Assembly (NCBI GenBank): GCA_964005815.1
Contig: CAXFSR010000036.1
Location: 28,433 to 92,432 of the forward strand
Origin: an uncultured Nitrospinaceae bacterium
GTDB lineage: Bacteria > UBA8248
Length of the DNA stretch: 64,000 bases
Reading direction: 5' to 3'
Part shown: positions 51,552 through 62,212 of the stretch, piece after piece
Numbering within the stretch: position 1 is the stretch's first letter
Layout: the number at the start of each line of letters is the position of its first letter
Made by a program: the position numbers and the translations under genes
Notes under the pieces: model-generated
Told to the model about the DNA's origin: nothing
The model's input: only the letters and a program-made list of their open reading frames with translations
Database searches by the model: none

Positions 51552-53885
51552 TTGAAAACGTTTACTTTAATTTTCTTTCCTTTTTTTATAGCTTTTCTTG
51601 TTCCTTTCCTTACGAGAACAAACAAGAAAATTGTCTTCTGGTATGCGATCGCAGTTCCTGCCATTAGCATGTTGAATTTATTTTATATTTACAGGGATTG
51701 GACATTAGCAGGGCACAAAATCCTAAAATATGAGATCCCTTGGGTACCAGATGCAGGTATAAACATAAGTTTTATTGTAGATGGTTTGAGTGTTTTTTGG
51801 GCATTTCTCATCATTATAATGTCTTTCCTTGTTATCCTGTATTCAAATTGGTACCTATCAAAGAAGGAAGACTTATCTCGATATTATTCACTCCTTATTG
51901 CGTTTATGGGTTCTATGATTGGAGTAGTCTTCTCAAATCATTTGATTTCCTTATTTGTTTTTTGGGAACTTACAAGCATAACTTCATTTTTTCTTATTGG
52001 ATTCTGGTTTCAAAAACCAGAATCCAATTATGGGGCTACAAAAGCAATTCTAATTACTGGAAGCGGTGGTATTTTAATGTTAGGTGGTTTCCTCCTCCTC
52101 GCAAATTCAACTGGAGAATGGGAAATTTCAAACCTGATTTCAAATGCAAATTCTTTACATGTAGGTTCTTTTGCTACTTTATTAATCATATTAGGCGCGG
52201 TAACCAAAAGTGCTCAGTGGCCATTTCATATTTGGTTACCTAATGCGATGGAAGCTCCTACTCCAATTAGTGCTTTTTTACATTCTGCAACAATGGTCAA
52301 GGCAGGTATTTTTTTGCTTTCTAGATTTTACCCTATTTTGTCCGGAGAATTCCTTTGGTTTTACTTGGTACCCTCTTTAGGAATAATGACTATGATTTCG
52401 GGAGGATTACTGTCTCTCCGCTCCAACGATCTTAAAGGCATTCTGGCTTATGGTACAATAAGCCAATTAGGAATGTTAACTACTTTTATTGGATTAGGCG
52501 GAATCGAGAGTATTACAGGAAGTACTCTGCATCTTTATAATCATGCGGCAGCAAAAGCAGGTATGTTTATGGTTATAGGTATTATTGACCATGAATGTGG
52601 AACAAGAGATGTTAGAAAACTAAGCAATCTCAAAGAATCAATGCCAATTTGTCATATTCTTCTTCTTGTCTGTGCCCTGAGTTTAATGGGAACACCTCCG
52701 ACAGGCGGATTTATAACAAAGGAGATGCTTTACACCGTAAGCTTAAAATTTGGCACTAACAATTTCTCTTCTTTCGGACTCCCTTTACTAATTTTAGTTG
52801 GAGGAATAATCACGGTTCTTTATCACCTGAGACTTGTAGGTGAAGTTTTCTGGAAAAAGAAAAACGTGAAACCTCCGAAGAATCCACATGACCCAAGTTT
52901 TGGTTTTCTAATTGCACCTATCATTTTAACTTTTTTTGTTCTGATTTTTGGTATTTTCCCTGGGTTGTTTGAAAATGAAACATTTCATCTTGCTATAATG
53001 TCGACAATGGGGAAAGGAATCACAAACCATATACATTTTAAACTTTGGCATGGATTCAATTTAGAATTGCTTATGTCTACCATTGCACTTAGTCTCGGAA
53101 TTCTTTGTTATGTAAAATTCGACAAAATCAATTTTTTCCAAAATCTATTAAGTAAAAAAATTCATATATTTGGCCCTGATCGAATCTATAATGCTTTCAT
53201 CAATCATGTTGAAAAAGGAACGTGGAAATATCTTCTCTTGATACAAAGCGGCAATTTAAAGAAGTATCTTCGTTGGATGTGGATTGCTCCTATTCTTACG
53301 ATTTTTTATGTTTGTCTCAATTTAAATTGGAACAAAATTATAATTTCTGCTCATACTATCGAAATCAATTTTTCCCTAGCCTTATGTTTGCTTATATCGA
53401 TTAGTGCACTTGGAACTGGATTAATCAGCAAAAGAATACCTGCAATTTTAACCTTAGGAATAACCGGATATGCTATCGCGGGACTTTTCCTGATTCTGAA
53501 AGCTCCTGATCTTGCACTTACTATGATTATGATTGAAACCGCTTCAGTAGCACTTTTTCTTCTTGTCTTTTACCACATGCCAGACTCTTCCCCGGAAAAA
53601 AATACGACTTCGAAAAAAATGAGAGATTGGGGAATCTCTATTTCTATTGGTGCAACCGTATGTATTGGAATGTTCTTGAGTATGACTTCTAAAGAATTCA
53701 GCACCATCTCTACCTATTTTTTAGAAACCAGCAAACCTTTAGCAGGTTTTAAAAATGTAGTAAACGCAATCATAGTAGACTATAGGGGATACGATACATT
53801 AGGTGAAATAACGGTTCTAGTTATTGCAGGAATTGCAATCTCTGCAATCGTTCAAATCATGAGGAAATTTAATTGCGATCACTAA
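51552..53885 (+). CDS. mrpA: Mrp Na+/H+ antiporter subunit A
   Basis: FWELTSITSF, WLPNAMEAPTPISAFLHSATMVKAG, APDLALT, NVVNAIIVDYRGYDTLGE. Confidence 0.95.
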   Translation: MKTFTLIFFPFFIAFLVPFLTRTNKKIVFWYAIAVPAISMLNLFYIYRDWTLAGHKILKYEIPWVPDAGINISFIVDGLSVFWAFLIIIMSFLVILYSNWYLSKKEDLSRYYSLLIAFMGSMIGVVFSNHLISLFVFWELTSITSFFLIGFWFQKPESNYGATKAILITGSGGILMLGGFLLLANSTGEWEISNLISNANSLHVGSFATLLIILGAVTKSAQWPFHIWLPNAMEAPTPISAFLHSATMVKAGIFLLSRFYPILSGEFLWFYLVPSLGIMTMISGGLLSLRSNDLKGILAYGTISQLGMLTTFIGLGGIESITGSTLHLYNHAAAKAGMFMVIGIIDHECGTRDVRKLSNLKESMPICHILLLVCALSLMGTPPTGGFITKEMLYTVSLKFGTNNFSSFGLPLLILVGGIITVLYHLRLVGEVFWKKKNVKPPKNPHDPSFGFLIAPIILTFFVLIFGIFPGLFENETFHLAIMSTMGKGITNHIHFKLWHGFNLELLMSTIALSLGILCYVKFDKINFFQNLLSKKIHIFGPDRIYNAFINHVEKGTWKYLLLIQSGNLKKYLRWMWIAPILTIFYVCLNLNWNKIIISAHTIEINFSLALCLLISISALGTGLISKRIPAILTLGITGYAIAGLFLILKAPDLALTMIMIETASVALFLLVFYHMPDSSPEKNTTSKKMRDWGISISIGATVCIGMFLSMTSKEFSTISTYFLETSKPLAGFKNVVNAIIVDYRGYDTLGEITVLVIAGIAISAIVQIMRKFNCDH

Positions 53886-54289
53886 TTCTTCAAACAACAG
53901 CGCCTATTGTGCTTCATTTGACGATGATTTTTTCACTCTACATCCTTCTTTACGGTCATGATCAGCCTGGCGGTGGATTTATCGCTGGAATAATGACCTC
54001 AATAGGTATTGTACTACAATGGGTCGCATTTGGAACAAAAGAAGCACTAAAAAGATTTAACTGGAAATGGGATAATGTATTTATGGTAGGTCTGCTTATA
54101 TCAACACTGACAGGTCTCTATGGTTACTTTTCCAATGGGTTTCTAAAAAGTTCGATCTACAAGATAAACTTAGTGTTGATAGGTGAAATAAAGATTTTTA
54201 CTGCTTTTATTTTTGATGTTGGTGTCTATTTAGTGGTAGTTGGTGTTTTGATGTTTATTTTTACAAATTTTTGCTCCGAAAAACCATAA
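53873..54289 (+). CDS. mrpB: Mrp antiporter subunit B
   Basis: GHDQPGGGFIAG, FDVGVYLVV. Confidence 0.93.
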   Translation: MRSLILQTTAPIVLHLTMIFSLYILLYGHDQPGGGFIAGIMTSIGIVLQWVAFGTKEALKRFNWKWDNVFMVGLLISTLTGLYGYFSNGFLKSSIYKINLVLIGEIKIFTAFIFDVGVYLVVVGVLMFIFTNFCSEKP

Positions 54290-54302
54290 AAGAAGAAGGA
54301 AA

Positions 54303-54653
54303 ATGTTTCTAATACTTCCCCTAACTATAGGTATTCTGGTCGCAGTTAGTGTGTACTTAATTATACAGAGAAGATTAATTAAATTAGTATTGGGTTTTGC
54401 GATGTTATCACATGCGACTAATTTAATGATCATGGCATCTGGTTGGGTACAGGATGGAAAACCACCAATTCTCCCTGTAGAAAAAATTTCAGTACAGGCC
54501 CAGATGTACGTTGACCCACTTCCTCAAGCAATGGTTTTAACTGCAATAGTTATTAGTCTCGCGGTTATTGCTTTTTTATTGACCGTTGCACTAAATATGC
54601 AGAGAAATTTTAAAACAGACAACATAGATGAATATAGAAGGCTTAAGGGATGA
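54303..54653 (+). CDS. mrpC: Mrp antiporter subunit C
   Basis: SHATNL, DPLPQAMVLTAIVI. Confidence 0.94.
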   Translation: MFLILPLTIGILVAVSVYLIIQRRLIKLVLGFAMLSHATNLMIMASGWVQDGKPPILPVEKISVQAQMYVDPLPQAMVLTAIVISLAVIAFLLTVALNMQRNFKTDNIDEYRRLKG

Positions 54654-56125
54654 ATAATTTACTTCCCATTTTCGTTGTATTACCCCTAATCACAGGCATT
54701 GTGACCTATTTGCTTGTTGGCAATTTGAGAATACAGGAAAAAATCAGCTTTGCATCCTTATTCATAAATTTTATGCTATCAGCTATCTTATTTTTTGACA
54801 TAATGAAAGGAAACATCTATACCCATCAAATGGGTCTCTGGCCATTTCCTTATGGCATTATCCTCATAGCTGATAAACTCTCATCTACTATGCTTTGTAT
54901 TTCCTCTTCAATTATTGGTATCTGCGTTTTATATTCCAAAAGTTATTTTACTAAAGAAAACAATTTAAAAATTTTTCAACCACTTATCCATTTTCTTCTT
55001 ATGGGTATTCAGGGATGTTTTCTTACTGGAGATCTGTTCAATCTATTCGTTTTCTTTGAAGTATTACTTATTTCAACATACGCTTTGTTAGCCTGCTACC
55101 ACTCCCTTGAACAATTAGAAATGTCTTTCAAGTTCACATGTATCAATTTAGTAGCATCTGCATTTTTCTTGGCAGGAATTTCTTTTATATATGCACAAGT
55201 TGGGACAGTAAATATGGCTGACTTATCAATAAAACTATCGACACTAGATTATAATCCAATGATTATAATTACTGCTTTAATTTTTGTATTAGTCTTTAGT
55301 GTTAAAGGAGCTATCTTCCCAATGCACCTTTGGCTCCCATCTGCTCACTCTACTGCACATACCCCAGTCAGTGCTATTCTTGCAGGAGTCCTAGTAAAGG
55401 TAGGCATTTATGCCATTATTCGATGTCAAACATTAATCTTCATAAAACAATTTTTTTACTTCCAACATGTTCTTTTGTTTTTTGCGATTCTCACTATCTT
55501 TATCGGTGCCTTCGGGACTCTTCCCCAAAAAAACTTAAAACGTATTCTTGCATACAGTACGATCAATCAGCTTGGATTTATCAGTCTAGGAATTGCATTT
55601 CTCTCGCCTCCTGCATTAACAGCAACGATTTTTTTCATAGTTGTGCACTCTTACCTTAAAAGCTCAGTTTTACTGGCTGCGGGTATTAACTATAAAATTA
55701 CAGGAACAGAGAACCTAGATGAAATGGGAGGTTTAATGAAAAAAACCCCCTTTCTTAGTATCTTAATGCTTATTAGTTTTCTGTCTTTAGCAGGCATTCC
55801 ACCCTTAAATGGTTTTTTTGCAAAAATATTTATTTTTCAAGCAGGCTTTTCTTCTGGATTTACTTTAATAACTTCTTTAGCTTTAATTTTAGGTATTATC
55901 TCTCTTTTTTATAATTTTAAAACTTATCAAAGGATGGCATGGGGAGAAGGAAAAAATAACCTTAAAAAAGCCCCTCCGACAATGTATATATGCGTTACTA
56001 TTCTTACTTTTTTCGCGGTCGTTTTTGGAATCGGTGCAACTTGGCTTTATGATTGGGCCAGTATGGTTTCTGAACAAATTTCCAACCCTCAATTTTATAT
56101 TAATGCTATGAAAACACTTACTTAG
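54650..56125 (+). CDS. mrpD: Mrp antiporter subunit D
   Basis: GDLFNLFVFFEV, KGAIFPMHLWLP, LVKVG, GIPPLNGFFAK. Confidence 0.94.
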   Translation: MNNLLPIFVVLPLITGIVTYLLVGNLRIQEKISFASLFINFMLSAILFFDIMKGNIYTHQMGLWPFPYGIILIADKLSSTMLCISSSIIGICVLYSKSYFTKENNLKIFQPLIHFLLMGIQGCFLTGDLFNLFVFFEVLLISTYALLACYHSLEQLEMSFKFTCINLVASAFFLAGISFIYAQVGTVNMADLSIKLSTLDYNPMIIITALIFVLVFSVKGAIFPMHLWLPSAHSTAHTPVSAILAGVLVKVGIYAIIRCQTLIFIKQFFYFQHVLLFFAILTIFIGAFGTLPQKNLKRILAYSTINQLGFISLGIAFLSPPALTATIFFIVVHSYLKSSVLLAAGINYKITGTENLDEMGGLMKKTPFLSILMLISFLSLAGIPPLNGFFAKIFIFQAGFSSGFTLITSLALILGIISLFYNFKTYQRMAWGEGKNNLKKAPPTMYICVTILTFFAVVFGIGATWLYDWASMVSEQISNPQFYINAMKTLT

Positions 56126-56135
56126 GAGTAAAGCT

Positions 56136-56642
56136 TTGCCTATAGCAACTTTAACAATATCGATAGCCGCTATTTGGATTTTAATGCGAGGCACAGGAAA
56201 TTTGAGTGACTTTTTTACAGGTATTATTATTGCAATTCTTATCATACTCTTTTTATGGAAGAGTTATGAACACAAGAAAAGATTGATAAGGAGAAATGAA
56301 AAAAAAGAAAAAAATATCTTACGTTTGATTTACACATTAAGATTCGTTTTTAGTTTTTTGTGGGAATTAATAATAGCCAATTTGCAAGTTATGATTATTG
56401 TTATAAAGCCGAATCTTTCTATACAGCCAGGAATTTTTGCTTTCAAAACTCGTTGCAAATCACCTTTAGGAATAACTTCACTAGCTAACTCTATCACCTT
56501 AACTCCTGGAACACTTAGCATAGATGTTTCAGACGAATCTAAAATAATTTATGTACACACTCTTGATTCAAAAGATCTAAAAGAAATGAAAATTAGAATC
56601 CAAAAAAGGCTTGAAGATCCTATTTTAGGAGCATTTGAATGA
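56136..56642 (+). CDS. mrpE: Mrp antiporter subunit E
   Basis: LIIANLQV, ANSITLTPGT, YVH. Confidence 0.92.
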   Translation: MPIATLTISIAAIWILMRGTGNLSDFFTGIIIAILIILFLWKSYEHKKRLIRRNEKKEKNILRLIYTLRFVFSFLWELIIANLQVMIIVIKPNLSIQPGIFAFKTRCKSPLGITSLANSITLTPGTLSIDVSDESKIIYVHTLDSKDLKEMKIRIQKRLEDPILGAFE

Positions 56643-56908
56643 TCGAAGTAACGATTCAGGTTTCAATGATTATGTTAGTCATATCTGTCTTTATAGCTCT
56701 ATATCGCTTTTTCAAAGGTCCAACAACCGCAGATAAAGTTATTGCAGCTGATACTATAGTGACAAACGGAAAAGGAATTATTGCTCTTTATGCTATTTAC
56801 TCTGGAAATAAAATATTTGTGATTGTTGTTCTCACCCTTACAATTTTAAGCTTTGTTGGAACAACCTTATATGCGAAATTTCACGACCGGGGGAAAATAA
56901 TTGATTGA
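56639..56908 (+). CDS. mrpF: Mrp antiporter subunit F
   Basis: GPTTADKVIAAD, SFVGT. Confidence 0.9.
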   Translation: MIEVTIQVSMIMLVISVFIALYRFFKGPTTADKVIAADTIVTNGKGIIALYAIYSGNKIFVIVVLTLTILSFVGTTLYAKFHDRGKIID

Positions 56909-57275
56909 AATTCTAACAGCTACAGTTATGTTTATCGGTGCATTTTTTATGTTAGTCGCAAGCGTAGGTTTGATTCGTCTTCCAGACGTATATTCCAGGA
57001 TGCATGCGGCAACAAAAGCAACTACGTTGGGTTTAGGAGGCATACTTCTTTCTACCATCTTATCTTTTCAAACATTAGACGTTACTACTCAGGCCCTCTT
57101 AGCAATATTCTTTCTTTTCATAACAGCTCCTGTTGCAGCACACCTGATCTCTCGTTCAGCATATCATAGAGGCCCCGATTTATTTGATGAAACAACATTG
57201 GACGAATACAAAAGTCACATAGAAAAAATAAGGAAATTGGAAGATAATCAAGACAAAAAAGTAGAGAAAAAATAA
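56901..57275 (+). CDS. mrpG: Mrp antiporter subunit G
   Basis: RLPDVYSRMHAATKATTLG, TAPVAAH. Confidence 0.93.
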   Translation: MIEILTATVMFIGAFFMLVASVGLIRLPDVYSRMHAATKATTLGLGGILLSTILSFQTLDVTTQALLAIFFLFITAPVAAHLISRSAYHRGPDLFDETTLDEYKSHIEKIRKLEDNQDKKVEKK

Positions 57276-57341
57276 TTTAAGAATAACATTTCACCCCAAA
57301 ATAAGTGTACATTCAAATACAAAATTGGAGAAACTATTGAA

Positions 57342-58175
57342 ATGACAGAAGAATTCTTTTTAGAAAGAGATGGGATAAAACTACACGGAATAGATCATGG
57401 CGGTGACAAAAAACCTATTCTTTTATTAGTTCATGGAGCAGCAGCTCATGCAAAATGGTGGGATTTCGTTGCACCGCATTATATGGACAAATTTAGACCA
57501 GTAGCAATGGATCTTCGAGGACATGGCAACAGTGACTGGGCAGAAGAATACTCCTATGATGATTTTGCAAAAGATTTAGAATTTTGGATAGATTGGGCCT
57601 ACAAAGAAACGAACAAGAAACCTTTCCTTCTAGCTCATTCAATGGGCGGAGGAATTTCTTTACGATTAACAGCTACAAACTCTCCCAATATTACTTCCAT
57701 GATTGTAGTAGATTCTCCATTTCATATTAACGAAAGGATTCTTAAAGAGATGAACGCCTTCGGGAGTAGACCAAGTCGTCCTTGGGCTACCCTAGAATTA
57801 TTTATAGAAAAATTCAGAATGATTCCTGCTTCTGGTAAAGCTAAAGAAGAACACTTAGAACATATAGCCAAGCATAGCGTTCGACAGTTGAAAGATGGAA
57901 CATGGTTATTAAAAGCAGATCGTTCTTTTCATTCTAAGCGTGGGGGATCCGACTTAGTAAAAGGTTGGCTAAATTTAAAAGTACCTGGATTACTGGTAAT
58001 TGGCGAACTTTCAGACAGGATTACAACGGAGGACATTGAATGGGCAAAACAAAACTTGAAAAATGTACAAATCAAGATCATTAAAGGTGCACATCATCAT
58101 GTATATATTGATGAACCAGACGAATTTGTTAGGGTAACAAAAGAATTCTTAAATTCAATTCTTTCTTTAAATTAA
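57342..58175 (+). CDS. Alpha/beta-fold hydrolase
   Basis: LVHG, DLRGHG, AHSMGG nucleophile elbow, GAHHH. Confidence 0.9.
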   Translation: MTEEFFLERDGIKLHGIDHGGDKKPILLLVHGAAAHAKWWDFVAPHYMDKFRPVAMDLRGHGNSDWAEEYSYDDFAKDLEFWIDWAYKETNKKPFLLAHSMGGGISLRLTATNSPNITSMIVVDSPFHINERILKEMNAFGSRPSRPWATLELFIEKFRMIPASGKAKEEHLEHIAKHSVRQLKDGTWLLKADRSFHSKRGGSDLVKGWLNLKVPGLLVIGELSDRITTEDIEWAKQNLKNVQIKIIKGAHHHVYIDEPDEFVRVTKEFLNSILSLN

Positions 58176-58193
58176 AAATTTCATCCTAAACAT

Positions 58194-58988
58194 TTAAACA
58201 ATTGCAACAGGTCGTACTGGAGAGCCTGTTCCACCTCTTAATTTTAAGGGCAAACAAACAAACAAAAATTCATAGGTTCTTGTTTGCGACAATTCTTCAA
58301 GCATTAAAATCTCAATTAGATGTATCCCATGCTCTACTAGCATATGACAGTGCACAGGAATTGAAGGATTGGGCATAACCTCCACCCCAAAATTATCTGA
58401 ACCTACCATTGCAATTCCTTGCTCACTAAGCCATTTTGCTGCCTCAAGATTAATACCTGGCACACCTCCTGTCTGAGTATAAAATTCTTTGTTAGGCCAG
58501 ATTTGCATATGTCCTGTTCTTATAAGAACAACATCCCCTGATTTTATCTCAGTTCCTTGAGAAGCACTTGCTTTCAAAAGATCATCTCTTCCAATCGCTC
58601 TTCCTGGTTCTAAGATTTCTTTGTCAAAATGTCTTGCCACATCAATTAAAACTCCCCTTCTACAAATAGGGGCAACTGTTTCTATTCCATATTCTGAAAA
58701 ACCATTTATTTTGTTTTGTACTTTAGTTGCATCTACACCATTATACAGTTGCATATCTTTCGAGATATGACATATCGCATCAATATGCGTACCTGTGTGT
58801 CCACTACAAAAAAAAACATCCACAGAGGCACAAGCACCGTCTTCAAACATTGAGTCTCCATGTTCACGTATTAAAGAACAAGAATAAGGAGCATGGAGCG
58901 GAACATGAGGCATTCCTGGAAACATTTCTACACCTAGGTCAAAAACGGTACAACTTTTAGCTAAACTCTCAATATCTTCTAGGTGCAC
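58194..58988 (-). CDS. Cyclase family (kynurenine formamidase-like) metal-dependent hydrolase
   Basis: HTGTHIDA, VLIRTG, VGSD, GGTGSPVRP. Confidence 0.9.
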   Translation of the reverse strand: MHLEDIESLAKSCTVFDLGVEMFPGMPHVPLHAPYSCSLIREHGDSMFEDGACASVDVFFCSGHTGTHIDAICHISKDMQLYNGVDATKVQNKINGFSEYGIETVAPICRRGVLIDVARHFDKEILEPGRAIGRDDLLKASASQGTEIKSGDVVLIRTGHMQIWPNKEFYTQTGGVPGINLEAAKWLSEQGIAMVGSDNFGVEVMPNPSIPVHCHMLVEHGIHLIEILMLEELSQTRTYEFLFVCLPLKLRGGTGSPVRPVAIV

Positions 58989-59084
58989 AATCTTTCCTCC
59001 TCAAGAATTAGAGATAAATTTGCTATTTAAGTTTTTTATAACATACCCTAGAATGCATTGAAATATATTTAGGAATCTAAGTAA

Positions 59085-59507
59085 ATGATATGGTTAACTG
59101 TTTATTTCCACCCGATAATACAAATCACAACATTACTTTTGGGTTTCTACGTCCTAAAACTTGGACTTACATTAAGAAAGAACAGACTTACAAGAACAAC
59201 CTTTCCAAGAGCAGTTCTTCTTGAACGACATATACGTTTAGCCAGAATTTTTGTCATACTATTCACTATTGGATACTTTCTTGGTTTATTAGAAATGCAA
59301 TTCGTTTTAAAAAAACCTTTATTTAATACTTTCCATAGTTTTCTAGGAACGCTTACATTAATTTTTTTATACTTAACAGCATTTTTAGGCAGATCAATCC
59401 GAAGAAAACAAAATGAAAAATTTAGAGAACTTCACAGATTTTGTGCTTTTATTGGAATGTTCTTAGCATTGACAACCGGATTTGCTGGTATAGGTTTATT
59501 GCCATAA
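59085..59507 (+). CDS. Four-TM membrane protein, DUF4079-like (possible di-heme cytochrome b fold)
   Basis: Four hydrophobic segments, each with a His (FHP, RHI, FHS, LHR). Family recalled, not searched. Confidence 0.6.
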   Translation: MIWLTVYFHPIIQITTLLLGFYVLKLGLTLRKNRLTRTTFPRAVLLERHIRLARIFVILFTIGYFLGLLEMQFVLKKPLFNTFHSFLGTLTLIFLYLTAFLGRSIRRKQNEKFRELHRFCAFIGMFLALTTGFAGIGLLP

Positions 59508-59513
59508 GACAAT

Positions 59514-60638
59514 TTATTGAACCATTCCTCTAGCTGAAATTGGCAATATAACTTCTAAAAAACCTTTCTCCATACCTCCTCTAATGCCATAAAAATAATC
59601 GAAGAGATTTATCGTAGTATCACAATGACTTGGCTGAAAAAGTAAAGAATCACCTAACTTTGGCATTGGACCCAACGAATCCACTGTAATTATTCCATGT
59701 TCATCACTAGCTGAAATATAGGTAGCCTCTTCGATGTCGTAACAGGATGCAAAACCACTGTCAGACGAAAGACTTTTATGTCCTGCATCAATGATAAATT
59801 TTTTATCTTCAGGAAAACTAATGATTGTAGATAGCACGAATAAACTCGCTTGAAAATCTTCGTAAAATTGTTCTTGTCTTCCTCCAATACTCCTATAATG
59901 TGAATCCATAAATAAGTAACTTCCTGCTTGAACTTCATTTAAAATTTCAGAATCTAAGTCCCAATTCCATGTTCCAGTTCCTCCACCAGTTCTAACATCA
60001 AAATTCAATCCATTTTTTTTAAATTCATAAACACTCTCTTCCATCATAGTGATTGAATTTCTATATTTCTTCTCTCTTTCATTAAATCCTTCAATATGTT
60101 GCGCCTTGCCGTTATAAGCTTGGAACCCACGCAAATTTATTGAAGGCAATTCATCAATTTTTTTTGCTAGAGAAACTGCTTCATCAACTGTTCTAACCCC
60201 ACAACGACCTTGTCCAACATCAATATCAACAAGTACTCCAATGTCGCTTTCATTTTTTTCCATTATTTTAGAAAGTAATTCAGCTCCCTGAATATGATCA
60301 ACAACTAACATCAAATCACAATTCTTTGATAAAAAGGAAACACGTTCTATCTTTGCAGGAGAGACAATTTCACTGCTTAAGAGGATATTCTCTATCCCAT
60401 CCTCTTGCATAACTTCTGCCTCACTTACTTTTTGACAACAAATACCTATTGCTCCCATTTCTATCTGTTTTTTAGCAATCAGCGGACTTTTATGTGTTTT
60501 CGAATGAGGACGTAAATTGATCAAACTATTTTGAAAATTTGAAGCCATTTTTTTCAGATTTTCTTCCATTACATCAAGATCAATCAACAAAACCGGAGTC
60601 TGCAAATCTCGAACAGGAGTCCCTATTTGTTCGCTCAA
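59514..60638 (-). CDS. DSD1-family fold-type III PLP enzyme (D-threonine aldolase/D-serine dehydratase-like)
   Basis: RPHSKTHK (PLP lysine), GRCG, GGGTGT, QAGSY, DAGHK, EHG, HCDTT. Confidence 0.9.
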   Translation of the reverse strand: MSEQIGTPVRDLQTPVLLIDLDVMEENLKKMASNFQNSLINLRPHSKTHKSPLIAKKQIEMGAIGICCQKVSEAEVMQEDGIENILLSSEIVSPAKIERVSFLSKNCDLMLVVDHIQGAELLSKIMEKNESDIGVLVDIDVGQGRCGVRTVDEAVSLAKKIDELPSINLRGFQAYNGKAQHIEGFNEREKKYRNSITMMEESVYEFKKNGLNFDVRTGGGTGTWNWDLDSEILNEVQAGSYLFMDSHYRSIGGRQEQFYEDFQASLFVLSTIISFPEDKKFIIDAGHKSLSSDSGFASCYDIEEATYISASDEHGIITVDSLGPMPKLGDSLLFQPSHCDTTINLFDYFYGIRGGMEKGFLEVILPISARGMVQ

Positions 60639-60754
60639 GAAAATACCTCTAAAATTTATAAAGTTTTAATATAGTTATTTAATTTTATATACTTGCTCAA
60701 AAAAAAACCATAAAGCATTATTATACGAAAAATATTATTAAAAGAGGAATACAA

Positions 60755-61642
60755 ATGAGAACTGAAGCTGATGAATTATTAGAGGGTTCAATTGATCTTC
60801 ACGCTCATATTTTCCCTCAAGTTTTTTTAGAAGAACCAGGTAGAGTTAGAGATCACGAATGGGCAGAACTTGCTATACAATCTGGAATGAAAGGTTTTGT
60901 CATGAAAAGCCACCTATGGCCTACTATGGCACAAGCAAGTTTAATTAACCAAGTATATAAAAATTTCAATGCAATGGGCGCTATAGTTCTAAATTCAAAT
61001 GTAGGTGGAATTTCCCCATTCGCAGCAGAGAGTGCAACAAGACTTGGAGCTAAGATTATCTGGATGCCAACTTATACGACAAAAAATGATATTAAAAAAG
61101 GGGCCTACAGCAAACAAATTGAGACTGCATATAAACAACCGCCTCCAAAAAAAAATTTAAGTATTTTCGATAAAGACGGAGAAATAGCGCAAGAAGTTAA
61201 TCTTGTTCTAGAAATTGCAAGAGATGCAAATATAGCTATCGCTACTGGACATTTGTCTGCTGAAGAAGGAGTAGCACTGGCAAAACGAGCGAGTAAAATT
61301 GGATTGAAAAAATTTATTTTCACACATCCAATTATTTCTGTTGTCGGAGCAACCGAAGAACAATTAATGGAAGTTTCAAACTTAGGTTATTTTATTGAGT
61401 TTACTTGGATTTCTGCATTTCCTATGTGGCAAGGACTTGATCCAAATTTAATTGCAAAATTCGCAAAAAAAATTGGCCCACACAGATGTCTAATGACAAC
61501 AGATGCTCAACTAGACTGGAATCCACCACCACCTGAAATGTTGCGCATGTTTATCGCATCTATGCTTAGAATAGGTTTGAAGAGTCAAGAAATACGATTA
61601 ATGGTACAAGAAAATCCTTCTAGATTAGTAGACCTTTATTAA
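60755..61642 (+). CDS. Amidohydrolase-like TIM-barrel metalloprotein (DUF6282-like)
   Basis: IDLHAH, KSH, WMPT, TGH, THP, TD metal-ligand pattern. Confidence 0.72.
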   Translation: MRTEADELLEGSIDLHAHIFPQVFLEEPGRVRDHEWAELAIQSGMKGFVMKSHLWPTMAQASLINQVYKNFNAMGAIVLNSNVGGISPFAAESATRLGAKIIWMPTYTTKNDIKKGAYSKQIETAYKQPPPKKNLSIFDKDGEIAQEVNLVLEIARDANIAIATGHLSAEEGVALAKRASKIGLKKFIFTHPIISVVGATEEQLMEVSNLGYFIEFTWISAFPMWQGLDPNLIAKFAKKIGPHRCLMTTDAQLDWNPPPPEMLRMFIASMLRIGLKSQEIRLMVQENPSRLVDLY

Positions 61643-61772
61643 GAAAATTGAAACCTAAAAGGCAAAAAAATAATTTATCCCCTTGATTTAATATTCAACG
61701 CTCTGCTAGCATCAACCACATTGTTTTTTGAATTTTTAAGATTACCGCCATTGATTTTCAAGGAGATGATAC

Positions 61773-62084
61773 ATGACTTTTGTTATCGGCGAAAAATGTC
61801 TTGGGGAACGCTATGCAACATGTGTAGATGTGTGCCCTGTAGATTGCATTCATCCTGGAGATTATCAAGACCAAGTTTTCATGATTATAGACCCAGAGGA
61901 ATGTATCGATTGTGGTGTATGTCTTCCAGAGTGTCCAATTGATGCTATTTTAGAAACGGAAGATGATGATCCAGAATGGACACAGATAAATGCTGATCTA
62001 GCTCCTGACTTTAGCAGTAACGAACCAGTAGAACCTAGAGCAGCTAATGACCCACCCAAAAGACCAGAAAACAAATTGCGTTAA
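61773..62084 (+). CDS. Dicluster ferredoxin (FdxA/7Fe-like)
   Basis: C-x7-C-x3-CPVDC and CIDCGVCLPECP; AAGGAG RBS. Confidence 0.92.
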   Translation: MTFVIGEKCLGERYATCVDVCPVDCIHPGDYQDQVFMIIDPEECIDCGVCLPECPIDAILETEDDDPEWTQINADLAPDFSSNEPVEPRAANDPPKRPENKLR

Positions 62085-62100
62085 AGGTCAAACTTTTTAG

Positions 62101-62136
62101 AAAAACCGTGATTCGCATTGAATCACGGTTTTTTTT
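62101..62136 (+). terminator. Intrinsic terminator after the ferredoxin (symmetric, could act on both strands)
   Basis: AAAAACCGTGATTC-GCATT-GAATCACGGTTTTTTTT: a perfect stem followed by a U-tract. Confidence 0.88.
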
Positions 62137-62212
62137 ATCCATTTTGAGAATTACTTTTGATGATTTAAGCTGTTAGCTTGAAAATACATTCAGTTAATTT
62201 AAGGAAATCATT

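Noticed and set aside
51552-57275. mrpA-G as a novel system
   Set aside because: Canonical seven-gene group 1 Mrp antiporter with the expected order and motifs.
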